A stretch of DNA of 64,000 nt from Allosphingosinicella sp. (GTDB lineage Bacteria; Pseudomonadota; Alphaproteobacteria; Sphingomonadales; Sphingomonadaceae): assembly GCA_036491055.1 (NCBI GenBank), contig DASXCT010000016.1:982-64981 (forward strand), written 5' to 3'. The notes beneath the pieces were generated by a model that searched no databases, was not told the DNA's origin, and was given only the letters and a program-made list of their open reading frames with translations. A program made the position numbers and the translations under genes. Every line of letters begins with the position of its first letter. The first letter of the stretch is position 1. Of the stretch, positions 55,667 to 64,000 are shown piece after piece.

Positions 55667-57412
55667 ATGGACCAATGGACCCAGCGTTTCGCCGACATCA
55701 AGGACCAACTCTCCCAGTCCGGCCTCAACGCCGCCCAGCAAGGCCAGGCGCTGAGCGGCTGGGTGGCGGCCAATCCGCGGCCGGCCAATGCGGCGCCGCC
55801 GCCGATGCTTTCGGGCGATGCCCTTGCCGGCGCGCCGGCCGGCCCGATGAGCGCGGCGACCGCTTCCGCACCGCCGCCCTTGTTGCCCCAAATGGCGGCG
55901 AGTCCCGCGGCGAAGCCCGCGCCGGCGCTTGCGCCCAATGTCGCGCCGGTGCCTTTGCCCAGGCCGCCGGCCAACGCGCCGGTTCTGCCGCCGGCCCTTG
56001 CCCCGGCCGCGCCGGGCCTTGGCGCGTCACTGGCCATGCCGCCGCTCGGCGGGCCGAACCTGGCGCGGGCGCCGATCGTCTCGGCCGACGCGCCGATCGC
56101 CGCGTCGCCCTTGCTGTCGCCGACGCCGATCCTGCCGCGGGCACCGCTTATTCCGCAGGTGCCGCCCCCGACCGCGCCGGCCGTGCCGGCGGCGCCTTCC
56201 GTGGCGAACATGCGCGTCGGCGCGCCGGTCCAGGCTTCGTCGCCCGCGCCGGTCGTGCCCGCGCCGAAGCCCGCCGCCATCCCCGCCGCGCCGCTCCCGT
56301 CGCCCGCGCTTATTCGTCCGGCCGCCTCGCCGGCGCCGGCGCCGCTGCCGGTGCAGCCGAGCCCGGCGCCGGCGCCGCCCATGCCCAGGCCAATTTTGTC
56401 GCCGACGCCGGCGCCGCTGCCGGCCCCGCTGCCGGCGGGCGGGCCGAACGCGGCGAACCAGAACGAGAGCTCGAACATCGACGCGCGCGTCAACGCGATC
56501 CTGGCCCGCAACAACGCGCCTTCTCCGCCATCGCCAACGCTCCCTCCGCCTCCGCCGCCGCGGCCGGCCCCGGCGCCCCCGCCGGTCCCGGTCGTGCCGC
56601 CGCTTCCGAAGCCGGTTCCTGCTCCGGTGGCTCCGGTGGCGCCCGCGCCGCCGCCGGCCGCAATGCCCATGCCGCCGGCGCCGCCTCTTGTGGCCCCGCC
56701 GGCTCCGGTCGTCGCGCATCCGGTTCCGGCGCCGCCCGTGCCTGTGCCCGCGCCCGCTCCGGTGCCGAAGCCGGTGCTTCCGCCGGCGCCGCCGCCGATG
56801 CTGCCTTCGGCGCCGATCGTGAGCGTGCCGCCGCCGCCTCTGCCCAGGCCGCCGGTGAGCGCGCCGGTGCTTCCGCCCGCGCCGCCGCCGCCTCCGCCGC
56901 CCCGGCCGGCGCCGATGCCCCCGCCGATGCCGGCCGTGCCGCCACCGCCCGGAACGCCGTCGACGCCGGCGACGATCGCGCCGTTGCCGACCCAGATGCC
57001 GACCGTGTCGACGATGTCGCCGGCGCCCAAGGCTCCCGCCACCGCGAACATCGACACCCATGTCAATGCGCCGACCCAGGTTTCGCTGCCCGTCTATCAG
57101 CCGCCGGCTCTGCCCTCCTTCCTCGACGGCGGGCTGATCCCGAGCTTCACCGGCTACACGCCGGCGCCGTCGATGCCGGGCTATGCGATGCCGCGCACCG
57201 GCCACCCGTTCGCGCCGACGCCCGCCGCCCAGAATGCGCCGCTGCTGCCGGGCTTCAACAACCCGTTCGTCGGGGCGGCCGGGGGCGGCGGCGGGATCGC
57301 TTATGGGGTTGGGGGCGCGATCGCCGGCACCGGCTACGATCCGAGCGATCCGACGGGGCTGGGGGCGCTTTACGGCCAGCTGCTGGTGCCGAAGATCACG
57401 CCGCAGGTTTAG
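55667..57412 (+). CDS. Extremely Pro/Ala-rich protein in the ejection-protein position
   Basis: ATG directly after the upstream TAG; CCG-dominated Pro codons; non-repetitive N- and C-terminal caps. Confidence 0.65.
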   Translation: MDQWTQRFADIKDQLSQSGLNAAQQGQALSGWVAANPRPANAAPPPMLSGDALAGAPAGPMSAATASAPPPLLPQMAASPAAKPAPALAPNVAPVPLPRPPANAPVLPPALAPAAPGLGASLAMPPLGGPNLARAPIVSADAPIAASPLLSPTPILPRAPLIPQVPPPTAPAVPAAPSVANMRVGAPVQASSPAPVVPAPKPAAIPAAPLPSPALIRPAASPAPAPLPVQPSPAPAPPMPRPILSPTPAPLPAPLPAGGPNAANQNESSNIDARVNAILARNNAPSPPSPTLPPPPPPRPAPAPPPVPVVPPLPKPVPAPVAPVAPAPPPAAMPMPPAPPLVAPPAPVVAHPVPAPPVPVPAPAPVPKPVLPPAPPPMLPSAPIVSVPPPPLPRPPVSAPVLPPAPPPPPPPRPAPMPPPMPAVPPPPGTPSTPATIAPLPTQMPTVSTMSPAPKAPATANIDTHVNAPTQVSLPVYQPPALPSFLDGGLIPSFTGYTPAPSMPGYAMPRTGHPFAPTPAAQNAPLLPGFNNPFVGAAGGGGGIAYGVGGAIAGTGYDPSDPTGLGALYGQLLVPKITPQV

Positions 57413-57450
57413 GGGGCGGCGCCGTCAGCGGGTTTGCTTCCACCTCCCGT

Positions 57451-57525
57451 CACCCTCACCCAACTTCGCCTAGGCTCCTTCGTCGCCAAGGCTTCGTATC
57501 CCTCTCCCCTCAAGGGAGAGGGGGG
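57451..57525. repeat. REP-like element family C
   Basis: caccctcacc..ccctctcccctcaagggagaggg. Confidence 0.7.
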
Positions 57526-57565
57526 TTTCACCCGCCTTCACGCAATCCTTTGACCGGAGGACCCG

Positions 57566-60500
57566 ATGGGCCTTTCTTCTTCTTCGTCCAACTCGACGAG
57601 CAACCAGCAGACCAATCAGACCGCCACGACCACCCCGGTCGCGCCGTCCTGGCTGACCCAGGGGCTGCAAAATTATGTCGGGTCGATCGGCAGCTTCGCC
57701 GATTCCGATCCGAACAGCTTCGTCGCCGGCGCCTCGCCGCTCGAGCAGCAGGCGTATAACAATGCCGACGAGCTTGGCGGGCTCAACAACAATTTCAGCA
57801 CCGCGTCCAAGATCGCGCTCGGCGTCGCCAACGCGCCGGCGAGCACGGTCCCGTCCGCCTCCGGCTACGGCGCCGCGCAGGGGGGGGTGTCGACCTATAA
57901 TCCGGCGACCTTGTCCAACCCGTTCGCGGCGGGCGCCAGCGGCTATAATGCCGCCCAGACGACCGGCACCTCTTATTCGGCGCCGACCTTCACGCCGGTC
58001 AATGTCGGGGCGGGGCTGGATCTCAATGGATTTTCGCCATCCTCATCGTCCTCGTCCGGATCCTCGCCGTTCACGATCACGCCTTTCTCCTCGACCTCGC
58101 CGCAATCGATCACCGCCGGCGGTTCCATTCCGCAGCCGCTGACCGCCAATCCGAACGCCGCGCAGGGCGGCTCCTTCACCCTCTCGCCCTTCTCGGCGAC
58201 GTCGCCACAGGCGGATTTCAACGCGGCTTCGTCCTCGGCCATTCCCTATGCTTTGACCTCGGCCTCGGGCTACAATTCAGCCAATGCCGCGGCGACCGGC
58301 TATGCCGCGCCCAATCTCGGCGCGGCGAGCCAGGCGGCCGGCGCCGGCTACAATGCCGCCACCGCCAATTCCTCGGGCTATGCGGTGCCGTCGCTCGCCA
58401 ATGCGGCGCTTGCCACCGGCACCGGCTTCAACGCCGCGCTCGCCAATGCATCGGGCTATGCCGCGCCCAATCTCGGCGCGGCGAGCCAGGCGACCGGCGC
58501 CGGCTACAATGCCGCCAATGCCGCCGCCGCCGGCTATGCGGTGCCGTCGCTCGGCGCCGCGAGCCAGGCGACCGGCGCCGGCTACAATGCCGCCAACGCG
58601 GCCGCGAACGGCTATTCGGTGGCGTCGCTCGGCAATGCCGCGCTCGCTTCGGGCCAGGGCTATAATGCCGCGCAGGCGGGGCCGGTGACGATCGCGCCGG
58701 CCGCCAATGCGGCCGCGTCCAACGCCCAGGCGGCGAGCCTGCTCACCAACCTCAATGGCTACATGAACCCCTATCTCGGCCAGGTCGTCAACGCGAGCAT
58801 GGCCGATTTCGACCAGAATGCCGCCGTGCAGCAGGCCCAGCTCAAGGCGCAGGGCGCGGCCGCCGGCGCCTTCGGAGGATCGCGCTTCGGAGTCGCCCAG
58901 GCGAGCCTGGACGACGATCTCGCCCGCGCCCGCGCCACCACCGAATCCGGCCTCCTCTCCAACGCCTTCAACACTGCGGCCGGCCTTTCCCAGTCGGACG
59001 CCGCCAACCGCCAGCAGGCGAGCCTGTTCAACGCCCAGAACCAGACCGGCGTATCGCAGGCCAATGCCGCCGCCGCCAACCAGCGCGCGCTCAGCCAGGC
59101 GCAGCTCAGCGCCCAGCTCGGCCTCGCCAACCAGTCCGCGACCAACCAGGCGTCGGAGTTCGGTGCCAATGCGCAGAACGCGGCGAGCCTCGCCAACCAG
59201 TCGGCGAACAACCAGTTCGCGCTCACCCGCGCCGGCATGCAGAATGACGAATCCCAGTTCGCCGCCTCCGCGCAGAACCAGGCCTCGCTCGCCAATGCCG
59301 CCGCCGCCAACCAGGCCGGCCAGTTCGGCGCCAATGCGCAGAATGCGGCGAGCCTCGCCAACCAGTCGGCGAACAACCAGTTCGCCTTGACCCGTGCGGG
59401 CATGCAGAATGACGAGGCGCAATTCGCCGCCGGCGCGCAGAACCAGGCCTCGCTCGCCAATGCCGCCGCCGCCAACCAGGCCGGCCAGTTCGGCGCCTTG
59501 GCGAGGAACAATGCCAGCCTCGCCAACCAATCGGCCAACAACCAGTTCGCCCTGACCCGCGCCCAGCAGCAGGCCGACGCCTCGCAATTCGGGGCGGCGG
59601 CGCAGAACCAGGCGGCGCTCGCCAACGCCTCGGCGCGCAACCAGGCGAGCCTGTTCAACGCCCAGGCGACCAATGCCGCCGGCCTTTCCAACCAGAGCGC
59701 GCTCAACCAGTTCGCCCTGACCCGCACCGGCATGCAGAACGACCAGGCGCAATTCGCGGCTTCGGCGGCGAACCAGGCCGCGCTCGCCAATGCGGCGTCG
59801 CGTAACCAGGCAGCGCAGTTCGGCGCGACGGCCCAGAATAATGCCAGCCTCGCCAACCAGTCCGCCAACAACCAGTTCGCGCTGACCCGGGCCCAGCAGC
59901 AGGCCGACGCCTCGCAATTCGGGGCGTCGGCGGCGAACCAGGCGGCGCTCGCCAATGCGGCGGCGGCCAACCAGGCGGGCCAGTTCGGCGCGGCGGCGCG
60001 CAACACCGCCAGCCTCGCCAACCAGGGCGCCGTCAACCAGATCGGGCTCGCCCAGGCGCAGATGCAGAACGACGCCGCCAAATATGGGGCGGATACGGCG
60101 AACCAGATGGCGCTCGCCAATGCCGCCGCGCAGAACCAGGCGGCGCAGTTCGGCGCGACGGCGCTGAACAATGCCGGCCTCGCCAACCAGAGCGCCGGCA
60201 ACCAGTTCGCGCTCGCCCAGGCGCAGATGCAGAACGACGCCTCGCAGTACAATGCGACCGCCAACAATGCGTCGATGCAGGCCTATCTCGCCGCGCTCAA
60301 CCAGTCGGCGCAGTTCAACGCGGGCGCGCAGAACCAGGCGAGCCTGTTCAACGCCCAGCAGAATGAGGCCGGGCTCGCCCGCCAGCTCCAGGCGGCCAAT
60401 GCGCTCAGCCAATATGGCAGCGATTACGGCACCAACACCCGCGCGGATCTGGGCGCGATGTCGCAGCTCGGCGCCCAGCAGCAGCAGATCGAGCAGGCTT

Positions 60501-60700
60501 ATGCCCTGGCGCCGCTCGCCCAGCTCCAGGCGGTCGGCCAATTGTTCGGCGCGACGCCCTACCAGGCGCTGATCGGGCAGACGATCAACACCAACGGCAC
60601 CAGCAGCGGGACGAGCTCGACTACCACGACACCGAGCCTGTTCTCGATGCTCATGCAGGCGGGCCAGAACGCGGCTAATGCCTATGCGGCGGGGGCTTGA
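57566..60700 (+). CDS. DNA ejection (transfer) protein with 26-aa and 55-aa tandem repeats
   Basis: MGLSSSSS N-terminus, YMNPYLGQVV and GAFGGSRFGV motifs typical of podoviral ejection proteins; Asn/Gln/Ala repeats. Confidence 0.8.
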   Translation: MGLSSSSSNSTSNQQTNQTATTTPVAPSWLTQGLQNYVGSIGSFADSDPNSFVAGASPLEQQAYNNADELGGLNNNFSTASKIALGVANAPASTVPSASGYGAAQGGVSTYNPATLSNPFAAGASGYNAAQTTGTSYSAPTFTPVNVGAGLDLNGFSPSSSSSSGSSPFTITPFSSTSPQSITAGGSIPQPLTANPNAAQGGSFTLSPFSATSPQADFNAASSSAIPYALTSASGYNSANAAATGYAAPNLGAASQAAGAGYNAATANSSGYAVPSLANAALATGTGFNAALANASGYAAPNLGAASQATGAGYNAANAAAAGYAVPSLGAASQATGAGYNAANAAANGYSVASLGNAALASGQGYNAAQAGPVTIAPAANAAASNAQAASLLTNLNGYMNPYLGQVVNASMADFDQNAAVQQAQLKAQGAAAGAFGGSRFGVAQASLDDDLARARATTESGLLSNAFNTAAGLSQSDAANRQQASLFNAQNQTGVSQANAAAANQRALSQAQLSAQLGLANQSATNQASEFGANAQNAASLANQSANNQFALTRAGMQNDESQFAASAQNQASLANAAAANQAGQFGANAQNAASLANQSANNQFALTRAGMQNDEAQFAAGAQNQASLANAAAANQAGQFGALARNNASLANQSANNQFALTRAQQQADASQFGAAAQNQAALANASARNQASLFNAQATNAAGLSNQSALNQFALTRTGMQNDQAQFAASAANQAALANAASRNQAAQFGATAQNNASLANQSANNQFALTRAQQQADASQFGASAANQAALANAAAANQAGQFGAAARNTASLANQGAVNQIGLAQAQMQNDAAKYGADTANQMALANAAAQNQAAQFGATALNNAGLANQSAGNQFALAQAQMQNDASQYNATANNASMQAYLAALNQSAQFNAGAQNQASLFNAQQNEAGLARQLQAANALSQYGSDYGTNTRADLGAMSQLGAQQQQIEQAYALAPLAQLQAVGQLFGATPYQALIGQTINTNGTSSGTSSTTTTPSLFSMLMQAGQNAANAYAAGA
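58268..58657 (+). repeat. Five 78-bp (26-aa) coding tandem repeats
   Basis: GYNAANAAAAGYAVPSLGAASQATGA and variants. Confidence 0.9.
59159..60313 (+). repeat. Seven 165-bp (55-aa, 5 x 11-aa) coding tandem repeats
   Basis: FGANAQNAASL ANQSANNQFAL TRAGMQNDESQ FAASAQNQASL ANAAAANQAGQ; register holds exactly from ttc 59159 to ttc 60314. Confidence 0.92.
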
Positions 60701-60701
60701 A

Positions 60702-61295
60702 ATGGCAGGATTGTTCGACACATCATCGCCGCAACAGCAGCACGGCTTCGACTGGGGCTCGGCCGCGCTCGGCTTCTTCGGCGTGCCGGCGAGCCTCATC
60801 CAGGCGCACAAGAAGCGCAAGGCGGAGCAGCAGCAACAGCAATTGATCTTCAACGCGATCGACAATGATCCGAACCTCAGCGACGGCCAGCGCGCCATCG
60901 CCAAGCTCTATCCGGGCGCCTACGCCCAGAGCCAGCTGCAGAATCTCGGCCCCGCAATGCCGGCGGCGAGCGGCGGCTACGCCGTCGCCAATGCGAATCC
61001 TTCGACCGCCAATTACCTGCCCGCGGGCCCGCCGGCGATGGCGATGGGCGCCATCGATCCGACGATGGGCCAGCCGCTCGGCGCGGCCACCGATTCGTCC
61101 TCGATCCCGTTCGGCTGGGGCGATGGGACGGCGATCGGCGGCGCGACCGCTTCGGTCGTGCCGCTGACCGACCAGGATGTTTCGGGCATGGATCAGACCG
61201 GCGGCTACGATCCCTATGGCGGCTATGGCAGCAGCTACGGTTTCGACAGCGATTACGGCAACGGCAGCAGCGACGGCGGCTTTGCCGATTTCTAG
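60702..61295 (+). CDS. Putative ejection protein
   Basis: Starts 1 bp after the upstream stop; Gly/Asp/Tyr-rich tail. Confidence 0.65.
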   Translation: MAGLFDTSSPQQQHGFDWGSAALGFFGVPASLIQAHKKRKAEQQQQQLIFNAIDNDPNLSDGQRAIAKLYPGAYAQSQLQNLGPAMPAASGGYAVANANPSTANYLPAGPPAMAMGAIDPTMGQPLGAATDSSSIPFGWGDGTAIGGATASVVPLTDQDVSGMDQTGGYDPYGGYGSSYGFDSDYGNGSSDGGFADF

Positions 61296-61409
61296 TCGGT
61301 AAGTCGCACCCGCCCAAGGCAGGCCTGCGGCCCTTTTCACGACCATCATCAAGCTTCGCAGCCGGGCCGTCCCGCCCGCCATGCGGATCAATCCCCAGGA
61401 GGACGATCA

Positions 61410-63578
61410 ATGGCCTATCAGGACGGCGATTCCAGGACCTATGGCGGCGTCACCTATCTGCGCCAGGACGGCCTCTGGTATCCGCAGCCCGATCCCGTGC
61501 TCGCGGCCGCCCAAGGCGGCGATGGCGGCGCGCCCGGCGATGGCAGCCAGGGCAACGCGCCCGATGCGTCGGCGCAGGCCGATCCCGACCAGCTCACCGG
61601 TCAGATCGCCCAGGTCAAGGACCAGTTCGTCAACGCGACCGATCCCGGCCAGAAGGTCAACGCGCTGTGGCAACTCGGCTCACTGATCATGGCGGCGAGC
61701 CAGCAGCCGCAGCAGGGCGGGGGAAGCGACGGCAGCGGCGGTTCAACCGGCAATCCGCCACAGCCGGCCGCGCTTTTCCAGCCGGGGCAGAACCAGCAGA
61801 ATCCGCCGCCCTTCATTGCCGGGCTGTCCGGCGCGCCCGACGACCCGGCCGGCGCGCTCCAGCAGCTCGGCGCGCCGCAGGGATCGGATGACGGCGGCAA
61901 CGGCACTGCGCAGCCGCCGCTGCCCCCGCCGCTCCTCGGCCAAGGTTCCGACAATGACGGCAACGACGGATCGGGCATTCCCCTCCTACCGTCCGATCAG
62001 CAGGGTCCGCCGCCGTTCATAGCGGGGCTTCCGGGCGCGCCCGGCGATGTGGCCAGCGCCCTGCAGCAGCTCACCACCCAGCAGGGCGCGACGGCTCCGG
62101 GTCTCGGCGGCGGCAACGGTCCGCAGCCACCCGCCTCCTTGTTCGCTGCCGGCGGGCCAGGCGGCACGAGCGGCGGAGCGCAGTCCGGCGGTCTGTTCGG
62201 CGCGCCAAGCCAGTCCGCCGGGCCGCCGCTGCCGCCGGACCAGCAGAACCCGCCGCCCTTCGTCGCGGGACTTCCCGGCGCACCCGGCGACGTAGCCAGC
62301 ATCCTCCAGCAGCTCGGTACGCCGCAAGGGGCAGGGGCTTCCGGCGACGGGCCGGACGCGCCGCAGCCGCCGGGCTCGTTGCCCGTCACCAATGCACCCG
62401 GCACCGGGAGCGACGATCAGCAGCAGCCCGGCGGCTTGCTTGGCATGCCGGGCCAGCCCGTCGTACCGCAGGCGCCCGCGCCGGGAGGGCCGGGCCCCCA
62501 GGGAAGGCCGCCTTTCATCCTGGCCTCCGCGCAGCAGCCCTTCCAGCCGAATGGCTTGCCGCCCGGTGGCGCTTTTCCAGGGCAGGGTGCCCGCGGTTCC
62601 CAACCCCCTTTTGGCGGCGCACCTGCCGGATTCCGTCTGGCTTCGCTGGATTCGCCGTCGGACGGACAGGCGGTCCTGCGGACCTACGGCTCTCCATTGG
62701 ATCCGGTTCTTGGGCCGCCGGCCAGCATCGCCCGCGCGCCGATCAAGGGTGCGCCGGCAGCAACTGCGACGCGGCAACCGACAGCCGCGCCAGGAGCGGC
62801 CACCCCCCAGCCGGCACAGGACCCGTTGCATGCCGAGTATAATTTTCAAGCCAACACCAACCTGGCGGTGGGGAGCAGTAAACTCACTCCAGATCAGAAA
62901 GCCGACCGCATCTATCAGATTGCGAAGCAACGCGGCCGCCCACTCGATCCGCACATGCGGCCGTGGCTCAAGGGCCACGCAAACGCGCCGATGATCGGGA
63001 ACATGCACATCGGGGAAGTCATCTCGCTCGCCCAGCGGGGCACCAGATTACGCAACCGGCTGATGCAGTTCGGATTCACTCCCGCCGCCGCGGCAGCGAT
63101 GGCGGCCAACGCGATGGTGGAAAGCTATGGCTATTATCGGTCTCCACAGCTGAGTGGCGGACCCGGCTATGGCCTCTGGCAATGGTCGCCTTATCGGCGG
63201 GGCTTATACGAAACGCTGAAGAAAAAGCAGAACAAAACGCTAAAGCAAAATCAGGACGTAAGCTTCTCAGCTGCTAATGAGGATGACCAGATCCGGTTCA
63301 TGATCTGGGAAATGCAGAATCAGCACCCCTACCATGATGCGTGGGCGGCGCTGCACTCCAATCAGAGTGCGGGGCAGATGGCGGCCAAGGTCGCAATGGA
63401 TTACGAAGGAATGGCGAACAAGACGGGAGATCCCGAAAAACGGGCCGCAATCGCGGATCTGCTGAGCAGCATTCCCGTCGATCCTCGGATGAATCTGGCC
63501 GCGCCGTCGAGTCCGCCACCGGAGGTCGACGCCTTTCTGCGGCGCAAGGCTGCCAGTGCGCGGTCAGTCGGGCGCTGA
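61410..63578 (+). CDS. Ejection protein with low-complexity N-terminus and C-terminal phage-tail-lysozyme-like domain
   Basis: FGFTPAAAAAMAANAMVES..GPGYGLWQW..RR..DQIRFMIWEM..DYEG matches the Phage_lysozyme2 pattern; three PPPF.AGL.GAP.D.A..LQQL repeats. Confidence 0.8.
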   Translation: MAYQDGDSRTYGGVTYLRQDGLWYPQPDPVLAAAQGGDGGAPGDGSQGNAPDASAQADPDQLTGQIAQVKDQFVNATDPGQKVNALWQLGSLIMAASQQPQQGGGSDGSGGSTGNPPQPAALFQPGQNQQNPPPFIAGLSGAPDDPAGALQQLGAPQGSDDGGNGTAQPPLPPPLLGQGSDNDGNDGSGIPLLPSDQQGPPPFIAGLPGAPGDVASALQQLTTQQGATAPGLGGGNGPQPPASLFAAGGPGGTSGGAQSGGLFGAPSQSAGPPLPPDQQNPPPFVAGLPGAPGDVASILQQLGTPQGAGASGDGPDAPQPPGSLPVTNAPGTGSDDQQQPGGLLGMPGQPVVPQAPAPGGPGPQGRPPFILASAQQPFQPNGLPPGGAFPGQGARGSQPPFGGAPAGFRLASLDSPSDGQAVLRTYGSPLDPVLGPPASIARAPIKGAPAATATRQPTAAPGAATPQPAQDPLHAEYNFQANTNLAVGSSKLTPDQKADRIYQIAKQRGRPLDPHMRPWLKGHANAPMIGNMHIGEVISLAQRGTRLRNRLMQFGFTPAAAAAMAANAMVESYGYYRSPQLSGGPGYGLWQWSPYRRGLYETLKKKQNKTLKQNQDVSFSAANEDDQIRFMIWEMQNQHPYHDAWAALHSNQSAGQMAAKVAMDYEGMANKTGDPEKRAAIADLLSSIPVDPRMNLAAPSSPPPEVDAFLRRKAASARSVGR

Positions 63579-63914
63579 ATACCATGCCCAATTGTGGTTC
63601 CTCCGGCACGGAAGCCAATAGAGTTCGAGCTCCAGTGCGCGGTCGTCACGCGAGCCCCAGCACCAGCCTAATCGGTGCGCCTCGTGCAGCAGGCGATCTC
63701 GGCGTGCGCAGGTGCGTTTGATGACAGCCTCGTCGTAGGTTGAACCACATTGCAGGGCTGCGACTGCAACCCGATGGATGATGACATGCGCCCGCCCGGA
63801 GCGTGGCGCTCCAGTTTCCGAAATGCAGCACGCCGCCGCCGGCGCGGCAAGCAAAGTTGTGGCTGCGAGGAACAGGAAAAACCGCGTCGCCCTTTGTGAC
63901 AATGCAATCCTCAT
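63564..63914 (-). CDS. Small exported Cys-rich protein convergent on the lysozyme gene; candidate inhibitor/immunity protein
   Basis: Signal peptide, six Cys, paralog of 45463..45774; 15-bp 3' overlap with the lysozyme gene. Confidence 0.78.
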   Translation of the reverse strand: MRIALSQRATRFFLFLAATTLLAAPAAACCISETGAPRSGRAHVIIHRVAVAALQCGSTYDEAVIKRTCARRDRLLHEAHRLGWCWGSRDDRALELELYWLPCRRNHNWAWYSAPD

Positions 63915-64000
63915 AACCACTATCCCTTCTTGCCGGCCCGTCATCTGTCGCCGAACCGACGTACTTTATTATCAGGGACCTGCTTCTGGAACAATAGAAG

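Larger units (their letters stand above)
31500..64000 (+). mobile_element. P22-like (podoviral) prophage-type element, possibly cryptic or domesticated; continues past the right edge
   Basis: Ordered terminase-portal-scaffold-coat-adaptor-tail-ejection genes preceded by replication and regulatory genes; left boundary approximate, no att site or integrase seen. Confidence 0.9.

Noticed and set aside
63989-64000. Second LexA box as a called feature
   Set aside because: Cut by the window edge; only GAAC-N7-G is visible, so it is mentioned only as support in a finding.

Overview
High-GC alphaproteobacterial DNA; the gene content and palindromic repeat families suggest Sphingomonadaceae (inference). 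1-31.4 kb is host/accessory chromosome: a RES toxin cut by the window edge, a Pls/PosA-type membrane NRPS, an acyltransferase-3, GH5 and GH3 glycosidases, an LD-carboxypeptidase, a phosphoesterase/PLC broken by an internal deletion, a TonB-dependent receptor with a TonB-like protein, mobile mystery proteins A/B, a thermonuclease lipoprotein, and a divergent patatin/PLD pair. From about 31.5 kb to beyond the right edge lies a P22-like (podoviral) prophage-type element: DnaA-domain-IV HTH protein, replication initiator, DUF6456-like late regulator, accessory genes (Fic, two adhesin-E-like repeat proteins), tailspike-like gene, terminase, portal, scaffold, coat, adaptor, tail proteins and repeat-rich ejection proteins, the last ending in a tail-lysozyme domain. 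No integrase, repressor or lysis gene is visible in the window, the structural genes look intact, and host REP-like repeats sit between many of them, so it is a candidate domesticated, gene-transfer-agent-like element (inference). Other highlights: two tandem cassettes of a virion protein plus a convergent antisense glycosyltransferase; a lysozyme-tipped ejection protein with a convergent Cys-rich partner gene, plus a relic copy of that pair 18 kb upstream; a GAAC-N7-GAAC (LexA-type) box at the relic copy; and seven 55-aa (5x11) repeats in an ejection protein. All family assignments come from motif recognition by eye; no database search was run.
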